A stretch of 32,000 nucleotides of DNA from Telmatocola sphagniphila (GCF_018398935.1 NZ_CP074694.1:1800001-1832000); one strand, 5' to 3'. Shown: positions 1 to 9,399, numbered from the stretch's first letter. Numbers and translations are program-made. The notes: a model not told the origin generated them from the letters alone.

Positions 1-1124
1 GCGATCGGATCGATCCGCGAGCCGTGGCCACTTCGAAACGAGCGAACGAAAAAATCGAACGCCCTGCTCTTTTGGAAGAAGCTCTGAATCATCCGGATTT
101 CCGAGTGCAATTAGCCGCTGCGGTGGCCATTCTGAAAATCAGCACCAAAAAGCCACTCGCGCCGGACGCGGTTGTCAAAATCCTCTCCCAGGCCGTTCGA
201 AATGGCGTGGAATCGGCTCAAAAAGGGAAACCGACGGCTTTGATTGGGGATTTTGATCAACTGCGGGGCCAATCACTCGCCAATCTGGTTCGCAAGGCCG
301 GCTTTGACGTCGAATGGATTCGGACGGGCAAAGATCTGCTTCGTCGGATCGTCAGCGATTCAAACGTCGATCTCGTGATTCTGGATACCTCGATTCCCGG
401 ACCGCCGGTCAGCGATGTGATTGCTCAGATGCGGTCCGACAATCGCATGAAATCGATACCCGTGCTTTTCAGCCAGGGTTTCGAAAATAAGACGACGAAG
501 AAGGAAAGCCTGATCAAGCTCGCCGGTTATTACCGAAATGTCGTGCTGGTCAACGAAATGCTGACCGACGACGCGGTTAAAGAGGGCCTGAGCAAGGTGC
601 TGATTTCGGCCGATACCCAAGTCCTTTCCCTGGAAGAGAAGAAGCGAAATGCCGCGGTGGCCATCGAATGGCTGAAGCGAATTGCCTTGGGCGAGCGAGT
701 GGGCTATCCCATCGCTCCTGCGGCAAACGCCATCCGGGAAGCCCTGAGCGATTCCGAACTGGTGAATCAGGCCATCGAAGCTAGTTCCAACATTCCCAAC
801 AAGGAATTGCAGCAAGATTTGGCGAATCTGTTCCTGAATGCCGGCCAACCGGTGGAATTACGGGTGAAAGCCGCGGATGCGGTTATCAAGCAGTTCCAGC
901 AGTTCGGCGCCGGTTTGGCGCCGAACCAGCTCAAGATCATGAACGATCTTCTGAAGACCGAAACCAATCCGGTCATCAAAGGGAAGCTCACTGCTCTATT
1001 GGGCGTTATTCAAGCCAACAGCAAGCTGACGGGGGAAGCGCTCCAGGGTTACAGCCCGAAGTTCTCGTCAACCCCGCCGACAGCGCCTTCGAGCGACGCC
1101 CCAGCGCCCAAGGAAAAGAACTAA
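1..1124 (+). CDS. HEAT-like repeat protein with central CheY-like receiver (REC)-like domain; 5' end probably outside the window
   Basis: The ORF track starts at GTG 24, but the frame has no stop back to nt 3, so the gene likely continues upstream. The segment TALIGDFD...VDLVILDTSIPGPP...IPVLFSQG resembles the receiver beta1/beta3/beta4 acidic pocket. It is flanked by helical repeats and ends in a Pro/Ser/Ala-rich tail. Confidence 0.55.
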   Translation, partial: DRIDPRAVATSKRANEKIERPALLEEALNHPDFRVQLAAAVAILKISTKKPLAPDAVVKILSQAVRNGVESAQKGKPTALIGDFDQLRGQSLANLVRKAGFDVEWIRTGKDLLRRIVSDSNVDLVILDTSIPGPPVSDVIAQMRSDNRMKSIPVLFSQGFENKTTKKESLIKLAGYYRNVVLVNEMLTDDAVKEGLSKVLISADTQVLSLEEKKRNAAVAIEWLKRIALGERVGYPIAPAANAIREALSDSELVNQAIEASSNIPNKELQQDLANLFLNAGQPVELRVKAADAVIKQFQQFGAGLAPNQLKIMNDLLKTETNPVIKGKLTALLGVIQANSKLTGEALQGYSPKFSSTPPTAPSSDAPAPKEKN

Positions 1125-1146
1125 ACCAACAATTCGCGGACCTTCT

Positions 1147-1176
1147 AGCGAGAGAGCATTTTCCCTCGCTTTTATG
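1147..1176 (+). terminator. Putative rho-independent terminator between convergent genes
   Basis: AGCGAGAG (1147-1154) pairs with CCCTCGCT (1163-1170) with one mismatch, followed by TTTTATGTTT. It lies 23 nt after the stop at 1124 and abuts the stop of the convergent transposase gene. Confidence 0.4.
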
Positions 1177-1178
1177 TT

Positions 1179-2084
1179 TCAGCCTTCAAAGCGGAAATCC
1201 GAATCGAGTGATTCCCGCAGCAAAAAACCAAACGCTACAAAAACCAGACTGGTATGGTGATGCCAGCCCAGCCAGTTCCGGCCCTCAAAGTGTCCTAAGC
1301 CCAAATTGTTTCGCAACCACTCGTACAACCTAAAAACGCAGCGGCCATCTTCGGGGGACTCTTGCAGGTTAGCACAATTATGGAATTGTCGAGATTGCAA
1401 TCCATCGGAGAACTGGCCGGTCAGGGAGTAGCCCTCCTCGGCGTACATACGGCCGAAAGTGATGTCTTTGAATTGAAGGTCGTCGAGCATATTCAGGGCG
1501 ATGGTCGCTTTGGGAGAATATTGGCGGGCGGACAGCGGAATCGAAGAATCGAACTTCTGCTCGAGATTCGCCCGGAGCCACTGGTTGGGCAGATAAAGCC
1601 GGACCGCCAAGGGCACGGCAAAACGTTCAGAGGTGGCTGTGATTGCCACGGCCACCTGGCAGTTGGATTTCCGCCCCAGACTGCGGGCCAGCTGTCTTTG
1701 AACCCCGACGGAATGACGGCCTTTTTTCGGGTAAACGATATCGTGCACTACCCAATCGGTCTTTTCCCAAGGAAGCAATTCCGCGAGGAACTGCCGGTAG
1801 CGTTTCAGCAATAAATCGTGATTCCAAGGGCTCTGAGCGATGAAGTGCTGTAGGGCCTGGCCGAAATCGGGCTGAGCGGATACGTACGGCAAAGACGCGG
1901 TTGCAATCGATTCGATGTTCTTGCGTTCGGCTTTCGAGAGCAGGCCCAAGATGTAGGCTCGGAACCGCTGGAACTGATCCGATCGTTGAAAAACCGTCTT
2001 GTAGCCGGAGATATACTCCTCAAGGCGTTCCCGTCTGTCCTCTGTCAAATCCAACAGCGACATCTGTGTCTCGGCTATTACCAT
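1179..2084 (-). CDS. IS701-family (DDE_5 type) transposase-like protein, shortened/degenerate
   Basis: The N-terminus has the family-typical F.RSDQ....AYILGLLS..ERKNIESIA. The core has KKG.HSVGVQRQLARSLGRKSNCQVAV and LYLPNQWL. The C-terminus has LGLGHFEGRNWLGWHHHTSLVFVAFGFLL. It is only 301 aa, versus about 400+ typical as I recall. The region between the second catalytic acid and the C-terminal block appears missing, and the usual D.GYG reads AEEGYS. Confidence 0.65.
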   Translation of the reverse strand: MVIAETQMSLLDLTEDRRERLEEYISGYKTVFQRSDQFQRFRAYILGLLSKAERKNIESIATASLPYVSAQPDFGQALQHFIAQSPWNHDLLLKRYRQFLAELLPWEKTDWVVHDIVYPKKGRHSVGVQRQLARSLGRKSNCQVAVAITATSERFAVPLAVRLYLPNQWLRANLEQKFDSSIPLSARQYSPKATIALNMLDDLQFKDITFGRMYAEEGYSLTGQFSDGLQSRQFHNCANLQESPEDGRCVFRLYEWLRNNLGLGHFEGRNWLGWHHHTSLVFVAFGFLLRESLDSDFRFEG

Positions 2085-2169
2085 GGCTCCGCCTGTTTCC
2101 GGGTCGATGGATTGCCAGTCGGTGAAAAATTACTGGCGACAGCAATGTTTACTATGTTTGTCATCTTTA

Positions 2170-2198
2170 TAAATATCATTTGGGGGTGACTTTGTCAA
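2170..2198 (-). promoter_or_regulatory. Candidate sigma70-type promoter for the transposase-like gene
   Basis: The minus strand reads TTGACA (2198-2193), a 17-nt spacer, then TATTTA (2175-2170), about 85 nt upstream of the ATG at 2084. Confidence 0.25.
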
Positions 2199-2460
2199 TC
2201 GCTCTCAACCAATCGGAAGAGGCTGCAACACCCTACTCAGTCAGGTGAAGCTTTGGGTGGGCGAAAATTTCCATTTAAATTTTTCTGAATCCGCGACCGG
2301 GGTAAAATAGTCAATTATTCGAGAATCCTTAGGAGTTTTGCTGGGCCCTGAAATCGATTGCTGCGCCGGCCGAAACAGAGGTTTAACTCTTGTAGCATTT
2401 TTGTGATCTATGCTTCGTTTGTGGATAAGGGGCGATCTCAAGTGCTCAGGGCGAAAATGC

Positions 2461-3783
2461 ATGACCGCATCCTGCGATGAATTCGTCGATTTGCTGAGAG
2501 ACAGCAACCTGCTGACCAAGGAGCAGTACTCTCATCTCACTCGGGAGCTAGTCCCTGCAGTCCGCGATCCTGAGAAACTGGCCGAACATCTCATCAAACT
2601 CGGCTGGGTGACCCGCTATCAGATTCAGCGGCTCAATAGCGAACGCTGGCGCGAATTGTTCCTGGGGGATTATTTTCTGTGGGATCTGATCGGTGAAGGC
2701 GGCATGGGTGAAGTTTTCCGCGCCCGCCGCATTTTAGATCGCCAGGAAGTCGCAATGAAGGTGATTTCTCCGGACAAGATGTCCGACGAGATCGCTTTGA
2801 AACGGTTCCATCGGGAAGCCCGGCTGGCCTCCAAGCTGAACCACCCCAATGTCGTGAAACTCATTGAGACCGGCAAGGATGGCAATCGGCACTATATCGT
2901 GATGGAATATGTCGATGGCATGGATCTGCATTACATCATCGAGAACGAAGGCTCCCTCTCGGTTCCGATAGCCTGCGAATACATCCGACAGATTGCCACG
3001 GCGCTTCAGCATGCTCATTCTCAGAAGATGGTTCACCGGGATATCAAACCCTCGAATATCTTGATTGGCAACCGAACCGCCAAAGATCCCGGCGTAGCCA
3101 AACTGCTCGATCTCGGACTGGCACGCAGTGTCAAAATCGAAAAGAAGGAATCGAAATATCGGGAACCCGTGGCGTCGGAAGCCTCGTCGCATTCCTCGAA
3201 TCCTTCGGGGCACACTGCTCTAACCCGCTTCGGTGCGGTGATCGGTACTGCCGATTACATGTCCCCCGAACAAGCCGTCGATTCCAGCGCGGTCGATCAC
3301 CGGGCGGACATTTATTCTCTCGGGTGTACCCTCTACTACCTGCTGACCGGCAAACCGGTCTTCGAAGACGGTTCGCCCATTGAAAAATTGCTCAAACATC
3401 AAATGGATGATCCGGTCAATATCCGGCAGCTTCGTCACGATGTCCCCAAGGAACTGGGCCGGCACATCCATCGTTCGATGGCCAAACGACCGGAAAACCG
3501 CTTCCAAAGTTGCGCCGATCTCGCTCGCGTGCTGGAGCCGTTCTGCGTGTCAGTAGCGACAGCGGATAATTCACTCGAAACCAGCGAACATCTTGCGGTA
3601 AAAACGGCTATCATGCCGCATCCGCTGACCGCGACGACGGAAGGCATACCTCTTGCCGAACTCGTTTCCAGTGAAAACTCTCCGCCGGGGGCGTCCGGAG
3701 GCTCCAAGGCTCTCGTGTACGTGATATCGCTGAGTATCCTGGCACTCCTAGCTCTTGCGGGCGTGATGTTCCTGGGAAAATAA
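2461..3783 (+). CDS. Hanks-type Ser/Thr protein kinase with C-terminal transmembrane anchor
   Basis: Kinase motifs present: GEGGMGEVFRA (G-loop), VAMKV, HRDIKPSNIL, DLG, ADYMSPEQ. The hydrophobic tail is ALVYVISLSILALLALAGVMFLGK. ATG 2461 is preferred over ATG 2410 because the product then begins MTASCDEFVDLL, a typical kinase leader; the 2410 start cannot be excluded. Confidence 0.85.
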   Translation: MTASCDEFVDLLRDSNLLTKEQYSHLTRELVPAVRDPEKLAEHLIKLGWVTRYQIQRLNSERWRELFLGDYFLWDLIGEGGMGEVFRARRILDRQEVAMKVISPDKMSDEIALKRFHREARLASKLNHPNVVKLIETGKDGNRHYIVMEYVDGMDLHYIIENEGSLSVPIACEYIRQIATALQHAHSQKMVHRDIKPSNILIGNRTAKDPGVAKLLDLGLARSVKIEKKESKYREPVASEASSHSSNPSGHTALTRFGAVIGTADYMSPEQAVDSSAVDHRADIYSLGCTLYYLLTGKPVFEDGSPIEKLLKHQMDDPVNIRQLRHDVPKELGRHIHRSMAKRPENRFQSCADLARVLEPFCVSVATADNSLETSEHLAVKTAIMPHPLTATTEGIPLAELVSSENSPPGASGGSKALVYVISLSILALLALAGVMFLGK

Positions 3784-3787
3784 ATCC

Positions 3788-3810
3788 GAGCAGACGTCTG
3801 CTCTTTTGTT
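3788..3810 (+). terminator. Rho-independent terminator after the first kinase
   Basis: Perfect palindrome GAGCAG-ACGT-CTGCTC (3788-3803) is followed by TTTTGTT, starting 5 nt after the stop codon. Confidence 0.55.
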
Positions 3811-3875
3811 GGTGGCTGGTGGCTATCGAGCGAAATTGTATAGCCTGTTCGACGCCCACTTAATTGAGTTCCGCT

Positions 3876-6800
3876 ATGAACACGAAAACCGTCCGTAATC
3901 CCGGGGATGTTCCGATTCCGGGCTACAGGCTCATCAAGCCGCTGGGGGCCGGGGGCTTTGGCGAGGTCTGGATGTGCGAAGCGCCCGGGGGTATTCACAA
4001 AGCGATTAAATTCGTTCGCGGAAAACTCAATTCAAATAACGATCAGGATGTTTTTGCCGAACAGGAGTACCGAGCTCTTCAAGTTGTTAAAGATGTCCGC
4101 TATCCGTTCGTGCTGACTACCGAACGCATCGATGTCCAGGAAGGCGAAATAATCATCGTCATGGAGTTGGCCGATCGCAGCCTCCAAGATGTGATGGTGG
4201 AAGTTCAGGAAGCCGGGTTGATCGGCATCCCGCGGGAGAAGTTGATCAATTATCTCGCCGACGCGGCGGATGGCCTCGATCACATGATCGACAAGTGCAA
4301 GTTGCAGCATTTGGACGTGAAGCCGCGCAACCTTTTTCTCATTGGCGATCGCATTAAAGTAGCTGACTTCGGTCTGGTGAAGAGTCTCGACCGACGCTTG
4401 AACGCCGGGCTGCTCGGCGGGGCCTCCCCCCTCTACGCGGCGCCGGAAACTTTCAGCGGCAAACTCTCGCGCTGTTCCGACCAGTACAGCCTCGGCATCG
4501 TTTACATGGAACTTCTGACGGGAAAATATCCGTTCCATGGCCGCAGCCTGCGACAGCTCGCCGTCCAACATCTGAATCACGAACCCGATCTTCGACCGCT
4601 GCCCGAACGAGATAAAGCGGTCGTGCGGCGGGCTCTGGAGAAAGATCCCGCGAAACGGTTTCCCAGTAGTGCCGCCTTCATCAAGGCACTGCGTGAAACC
4701 CCCTCCGAACGGGTCAATCTGTTCGAACGCAAATCCGAACCGGTGGTGCTTCAGGAAACGAACGTCTGGGATGATTCCATCCCGATGGCGGAGCCTCTGA
4801 CGAAATCGACCCTGGACAACGCTTCCCACATCGGGATGGCCGAGTTCGCCACGCACGAAAACAGCCTGCGGTTGCGTCCCATCGTCTTTCTGGGGATCGG
4901 CGGTTTTGGCCGCCGGGCCTTGCGAGAAATTCGAAGGCGATTGGCTGATCGCTTGGGCGATCTCCACAACATTCCGATCGTTCGCTTTTTGTATCTGGAT
5001 GCCGATCCGGAATTGCGGGAGCGGGCCATCGGGGGATTACCCGATTCGGCTCTGGAGGACCAATCGGTCTTTGCGATCCCGTTGCAATCTCCCGGCAAAT
5101 ACCGGGGCCGGAATCGCGATCATCTGATGACCTGGCTACCGACCGAAAAACTGAACGCGCTGGGCCGATCCCTGCAGTTCAATGGCTCCCGGGCGTTGGG
5201 CCGACTGGCACTGTACGACAATTATCTGCGGGTGATCAGCCGATTGAAGCGGGAAATCGAAACCGCGATGCATCCGGAGTCCATTTCGAACACCTCCCGC
5301 GTCGGCGGCTGGGAGGTCGACATCACCCCGCGAGTCATCGTTCTCTCCAGCGCTCTGGGCGGTTCTTCGGGGGCGATTCCCGATCTGGGATTTTCCATTC
5401 GCCGTCTCCTGCACCAGTTGAACTACCCGCTCGCCCCGCTCGAATCGTTTTTGTTCTGCGGTTCGCCGGAAGATCCCGCCACGCCACTGCGCGATCTGGC
5501 GAATCTGTACGCGACGCTGTCGGAAATCAACCACTTCCACGACTCGTCCATTCCTTTCCATGCGGAATATACCGGGACCGAAGGCCCCAAGCTGGATGAA
5601 AAAGACGAAGCCTGGACAGGCTGTTATCTGCTTCGCAATCAGGCGCGCACCCCCGAAGCTCTGGAGGAAACCATCTCCTCGCTGGCCAGCTACGTGACGC
5701 AACTGACATTCAGCACGCTGACGGAAAATCACGAAACGCACCTGCTGGAAAAATCGGCGCAACCGACCGTTTTTCGCTCCTTCGGCATCAGCGGCGCCTG
5801 GTTCCCGCGCGGCCTGATTTTGCGGGCGGCCGCCCGCGAATCGACTCGCCGGCTCCTGGAAAAATGGCAGGAGCCCCCCGGCTCAGCCATCGATGAAAAC
5901 GTCCAGGCCAAGCTCGATTCAGTCGATTCCAGCAATTCATTCGAACCGACGCGGCTGCGCCGTCAATTCGAAGAACGAATCGCGGCGGAGGGGCAGCAAT
6001 CGGCGAACCAGCTCGCTCGCAAATTCGAGCACTGGAATCGGCAGATCAACGAAGGCTTTGGCATTCAGGATCCTGCCGATTGGGCCAGTCAAGCCGTGGA
6101 GGAAGTGACGCTGGAGTTAGGGGCGGTGCTGGCCGTTTCCACGGCCGGTGGCTCGCAATCCCGAGGCCGATTGGCGACCGTCTTTTCGCAAACGGCCTAC
6201 GAAGTCGCCGCCAAGTGGACCGATCAGCTTTTCTCTCAACTGGAGTGCTTGACGAGTTTACCCGGTCCCAAACTCGGGCGATTCGAACAGGCGATTGCTC
6301 AGATCGGCAGCCTTCTGTCGAATCAGGCCACCAGTTATTCCCCCTTCGTGCTGGCCAAGCGGGAACGCGTGACGCAACTGCGTAAGGAAGTCCAGGCAGC
6401 TTATCAGGCTTGTGCGGTGGGAGGCTTTTCGCTCTTCGGCTTGCGGGCCAATCGCAGCATCCGAAATCTGCTGGAAGCGCTCTCGAACTTCTCGCACGAA
6501 CGCTACGAGGAAACCGCCGACGAAACCGCCGTCCGGTGCCTGCGGACTATTCAGTCGAATCTGGAAGAACGCTGCCGCGATCTATTGCGCTGCCGCCAGC
6601 GGCTGAGCCATATGAAAGATGCCATATTGCCGCTAACCCAGGTCAATCCTCCCTCCTCCCCGCTGCGCAAGGATCCGGCCGCCAGCAATGAAATGCTGCA
6701 CCTGCAGATGACGCTGGTACCCACCAGTACGCGAGCCGCCGTCGGGACGCTTCTGCCCAAAAATAATCCCAACATTCAAAGTGCCGCGTGCGAACTGGTG

Positions 6801-7352
6801 GACCGACTGCAGGAGAAAGATTGGGCCCGACTTGAGGAAGTGCTGCAAACGCTGGTCATCCAACCGTCGGGCGGTCTGATCCCCATCTGCATTCAATCGA
6901 ACGACCTCGGACGCGATCTGGTGCTGCCGCTGGTCGAACAGGGTTCGGCCTTTCTGGGAAGTCTGGTCCGCTTCAACGGTGTCTTCGACGCTTTACGTGA
7001 CGTTCAGAAAGCCCAGCAATCCGAGGAGGCGTTTGAGAAATTGCTCGCCCCGGCCGAACCTTCCCTGGGTGGGGCGGATTCGGAAGAGCGGGTCTATCTG
7101 ATCGTGCCCAAGAAAAAGGATCTTCAGACCACAGTCCTGCGCACCAAGTCGAAGATGAATGATGTAGAATGGATCAGCCTGCCGGAGTCCTCCTCCGAAT
7201 GGCTGGTGATTCGCGAACGGAACTGTTTGCGAATTCAGGACTTGCAGGAACTGCTTTCGATGTGCCGCGAGGCGTATACCCAGCTCTCCGGACACATCGG
7301 CACTTCTCCGCACGCCCGTTTCGATGTGCAGGAATGGCTGCCGTTGGAATAG
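3876..7352 (+). CDS. Ser/Thr protein kinase fused to a tubulin/FtsZ-superfamily-like (Tubulin_2-type) module with a long helical tail
   Basis: N-terminal kinase motifs: GAGGFGEVW, AIKFV, HLDVKPRNLF, ADFG, YAAPE. These are followed by IVFLGIGGFGRRAL (nt 4881-4922), WLP...NGSRALGRLALYDNY, VIVLSSALGGSSGAIPDLG (nt 5334-5390) and FRSFGISGAWFP. ATG 3876 is preferred over TTG 3864. Confidence 0.8.
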   Translation: MNTKTVRNPGDVPIPGYRLIKPLGAGGFGEVWMCEAPGGIHKAIKFVRGKLNSNNDQDVFAEQEYRALQVVKDVRYPFVLTTERIDVQEGEIIIVMELADRSLQDVMVEVQEAGLIGIPREKLINYLADAADGLDHMIDKCKLQHLDVKPRNLFLIGDRIKVADFGLVKSLDRRLNAGLLGGASPLYAAPETFSGKLSRCSDQYSLGIVYMELLTGKYPFHGRSLRQLAVQHLNHEPDLRPLPERDKAVVRRALEKDPAKRFPSSAAFIKALRETPSERVNLFERKSEPVVLQETNVWDDSIPMAEPLTKSTLDNASHIGMAEFATHENSLRLRPIVFLGIGGFGRRALREIRRRLADRLGDLHNIPIVRFLYLDADPELRERAIGGLPDSALEDQSVFAIPLQSPGKYRGRNRDHLMTWLPTEKLNALGRSLQFNGSRALGRLALYDNYLRVISRLKREIETAMHPESISNTSRVGGWEVDITPRVIVLSSALGGSSGAIPDLGFSIRRLLHQLNYPLAPLESFLFCGSPEDPATPLRDLANLYATLSEINHFHDSSIPFHAEYTGTEGPKLDEKDEAWTGCYLLRNQARTPEALEETISSLASYVTQLTFSTLTENHETHLLEKSAQPTVFRSFGISGAWFPRGLILRAAARESTRRLLEKWQEPPGSAIDENVQAKLDSVDSSNSFEPTRLRRQFEERIAAEGQQSANQLARKFEHWNRQINEGFGIQDPADWASQAVEEVTLELGAVLAVSTAGGSQSRGRLATVFSQTAYEVAAKWTDQLFSQLECLTSLPGPKLGRFEQAIAQIGSLLSNQATSYSPFVLAKRERVTQLRKEVQAAYQACAVGGFSLFGLRANRSIRNLLEALSNFSHERYEETADETAVRCLRTIQSNLEERCRDLLRCRQRLSHMKDAILPLTQVNPPSSPLRKDPAASNEMLHLQMTLVPTSTRAAVGTLLPKNNPNIQSAACELVDRLQEKDWARLEEVLQTLVIQPSGGLIPICIQSNDLGRDLVLPLVEQGSAFLGSLVRFNGVFDALRDVQKAQQSEEAFEKLLAPAEPSLGGADSEERVYLIVPKKKDLQTTVLRTKSKMNDVEWISLPESSSEWLVIRERNCLRIQDLQELLSMCREAYTQLSGHIGTSPHARFDVQEWLPLE

Positions 7353-7353
7353 C

Positions 7354-9342
7354 TTAGACGGTCCCGATGATCAACTGGGGTGGGGCCGCGACCGTTTCGT
7401 CCGGTTTGTCGGAAGTTTTCTTTTTGAGCCCTAAAAGCGCGTGGACTTCGTTTGATTCCAGCTCTTCGTGGGTCAAAAGCGCTTCCGTCAATTTCTCCAG
7501 TTCCGAACGGTGCTTGACCAGTAGATCGTACGCGCGATGATCGGCATCCCGCAGCAGCCTTTGCACTTCTTCATCGATCAGACGGGCGGTTCCTTCGCTG
7601 AAGTCCCGGGATTCCATGAGTTCCTTGCCCAGAAACACATGTTCCTCGCCGGCCCGATAGGAAACCGGTCCCAATTTCTCACTCATGCCGAACTGCGTCA
7701 CCATCATCCGGGCGATGCGGGTGGCCTGCTTGAGATCCTGGATCGCTCCGGAAGAGGCTTCGCCGAAGATGAGGCGATCGGCCGCCCGGCCGCCCATCGT
7801 CATGACTAATCGCGCCTGCAATTCACTTTCGGAGTAATCGACTTTTTCTTCATCCGGGTTACTGATGGTCACGCCGCCGGATTTGCCGCGCGGCACGATG
7901 GACACTCGGGAAAGCGGATCGGCCTTCGGTTCAAAAATCGCACATAAAGCGTGTCCGGCTTCGTGATAGGCGGTGCGTTTGCGTTCGACTTCGGAGAATT
8001 TTTCGTCTCGTTTGGGTCCCATCAAAACCCGATCGTAGGCCAGATTGAAGTGTTTCTGCAGGATCGTTAGCCGGGCATCGCGCGAAGCCAGGATGGCGGC
8101 TTCGTTGGCCAGATTTTTGAGTTCCGCCCCGCTCATACCGATGGTCTTGCGAGCGACCGCCTCGAGATCGACTTCATCGGCCAGAGGTTTATTCCGGGTA
8201 TGAACCTTCAGGATCTGCAGACGCCCCTGCCAGGTCGGCCGATCCACGGTAACGTGCCGATCGAAGCGTCCCGGCCGCAGCAGCGCGGCATCCAGCACGT
8301 CGGGACGGTTAGTGGCGGCGACGACGATGATGGTTTCGTTGGGCTGGAAGCCATCCATTTCGGACAGAATTTGATTCAAGGTCTGTTCCCGTTCATCGGA
8401 ACCGCCGCCCACTCCGGCGCCGCGCATCCGTCCGACCGCGTCGATTTCATCAATGAAGATTAAACAGGGAGCATTTTCCTTGGCCGTGCGGAACAGGTCG
8501 CGAACGCGACTGGCCCCGACCCCGACAAACATTTGGATGAATTCGGAACCGTTGATACTGAAAAACGGCACCCCGGCTTCCCCGGCTACGGCCCGGGCCA
8601 GGAGTGTCTTACCGGTCCCGGGCGGGCCGACGAGCAGTACGCCTTTGGGAATCTGGGCGCCGAGTTTGAGAAACTTTTCCGGGGCCTTCAGAAATTCCAC
8701 CACTTCCTGCAATTCCTGTTTGGCATTGTCCATCCCGGCCACGTCCTGGAAGGTCGTGCGGCCGTTTTCGTTGTCGTAGCGTCGAGCACTGCTCTTGATG
8801 AAATTTCCCATCACTCCCGGCCCTCCCATCGAGTCCCGGAAGCGCGGCAGAATCAGAAAGAAGAAGAGTCCAAAAATCACCAGAACCGAAATGAAGCTCC
8901 AGAAGCCACTGCCGAACCAGTTGGCGATGTCCTCGCTCTGGTTGATTTGAACCTGCTTCATTTCGCCTTTGGCGAGGGCGGTTTCGTTTGCCTTCAGATC
9001 GTTGGCTCGAATTTTTTCGAACAATAAGCCCGGATCGTTACTGTGGGGAATTCGGACGCTGAAGCGCCCGTCGTTGAGCTTCAATTCTTTGGAGACTTCG
9101 CTCTCCTTGTCCCGAACTTCACCGATCAATTTTTCGGTGCCGATCAGACGGATTTTCGACAACTGCCCCTTCTCCATCAAGGAATAGAAGCGGTCGATGG
9201 AGATATCGGGGTAATTCGGATTGAAAAATGTGTAGGCGATCAGGGCAATAAAGCCCATCGCCAGCATAATAAACAATCCTGCGGAGATCGGAGACGGTCG
9301 AGAGGGCTTCACTTCTTCGACTTTCTTTTCGCTTTGCGCCAT
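7354..9342 (-). CDS. ftsH: ATP-dependent zinc metalloprotease FtsH
   Basis: Two N-terminal TM segments, AAA+ Walker A GPPGTGKT, Walker [13 protein letters not shown] region, and zinc motif HEAGHAL. The length of 662 aa fits the family. Confidence 0.95.
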   Translation of the reverse strand: MAQSEKKVEEVKPSRPSPISAGLFIMLAMGFIALIAYTFFNPNYPDISIDRFYSLMEKGQLSKIRLIGTEKLIGEVRDKESEVSKELKLNDGRFSVRIPHSNDPGLLFEKIRANDLKANETALAKGEMKQVQINQSEDIANWFGSGFWSFISVLVIFGLFFFLILPRFRDSMGGPGVMGNFIKSSARRYDNENGRTTFQDVAGMDNAKQELQEVVEFLKAPEKFLKLGAQIPKGVLLVGPPGTGKTLLARAVAGEAGVPFFSINGSEFIQMFVGVGASRVRDLFRTAKENAPCLIFIDEIDAVGRMRGAGVGGGSDEREQTLNQILSEMDGFQPNETIIVVAATNRPDVLDAALLRPGRFDRHVTVDRPTWQGRLQILKVHTRNKPLADEVDLEAVARKTIGMSGAELKNLANEAAILASRDARLTILQKHFNLAYDRVLMGPKRDEKFSEVERKRTAYHEAGHALCAIFEPKADPLSRVSIVPRGKSGGVTISNPDEEKVDYSESELQARLVMTMGGRAADRLIFGEASSGAIQDLKQATRIARMMVTQFGMSEKLGPVSYRAGEEHVFLGKELMESRDFSEGTARLIDEEVQRLLRDADHRAYDLLVKHRSELEKLTEALLTHEELESNEVHALLGLKKKTSDKPDETVAAPPQLIIGTV

Positions 9343-9399
9343 TTATTTCTCTGCGATGTCACGAATCGACTATTTTTACAAATTTACTGGTATATTTTC

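Noticed and set aside
1125-2409. Terminal inverted repeats and a target-site duplication for the IS701-like element.
   Set aside because: Comparison by eye of the left flank (1125-1178) with the reverse complement of the right flank (2085-2409) gave no convincing match of 12 nt or more. I therefore do not annotate a bounded mobile element.
2410-2460. N-terminal extensions proposed by the longest-ORF rule. These are 2410-2460, 9449-9493, 11519-11647, 13689-13775, 22619-22633 and 27709-27714.
   Set aside because: Internal ATG starts give family-typical N-termini (MKTIDINADLGEG for PxpA, and the signal peptide MRNWLN...) or have better RBS spacing. The extensions overlap upstream genes or a terminator, or rely on TTG or GTG codons.
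4032-4967. A 311-aa ORF on the minus strand inside the kinase-fusion gene. Similar cases occur at 5136-5762, 360-848 and 2734-3213.
   Set aside because: These ORFs are fully antisense to a gene with clear kinase motifs. Their Arg/Gly/Phe/Gln-rich, low-information composition is typical of stop-poor antisense frames in GC-rich coding DNA. They have no RBS and no recognisable motifs.
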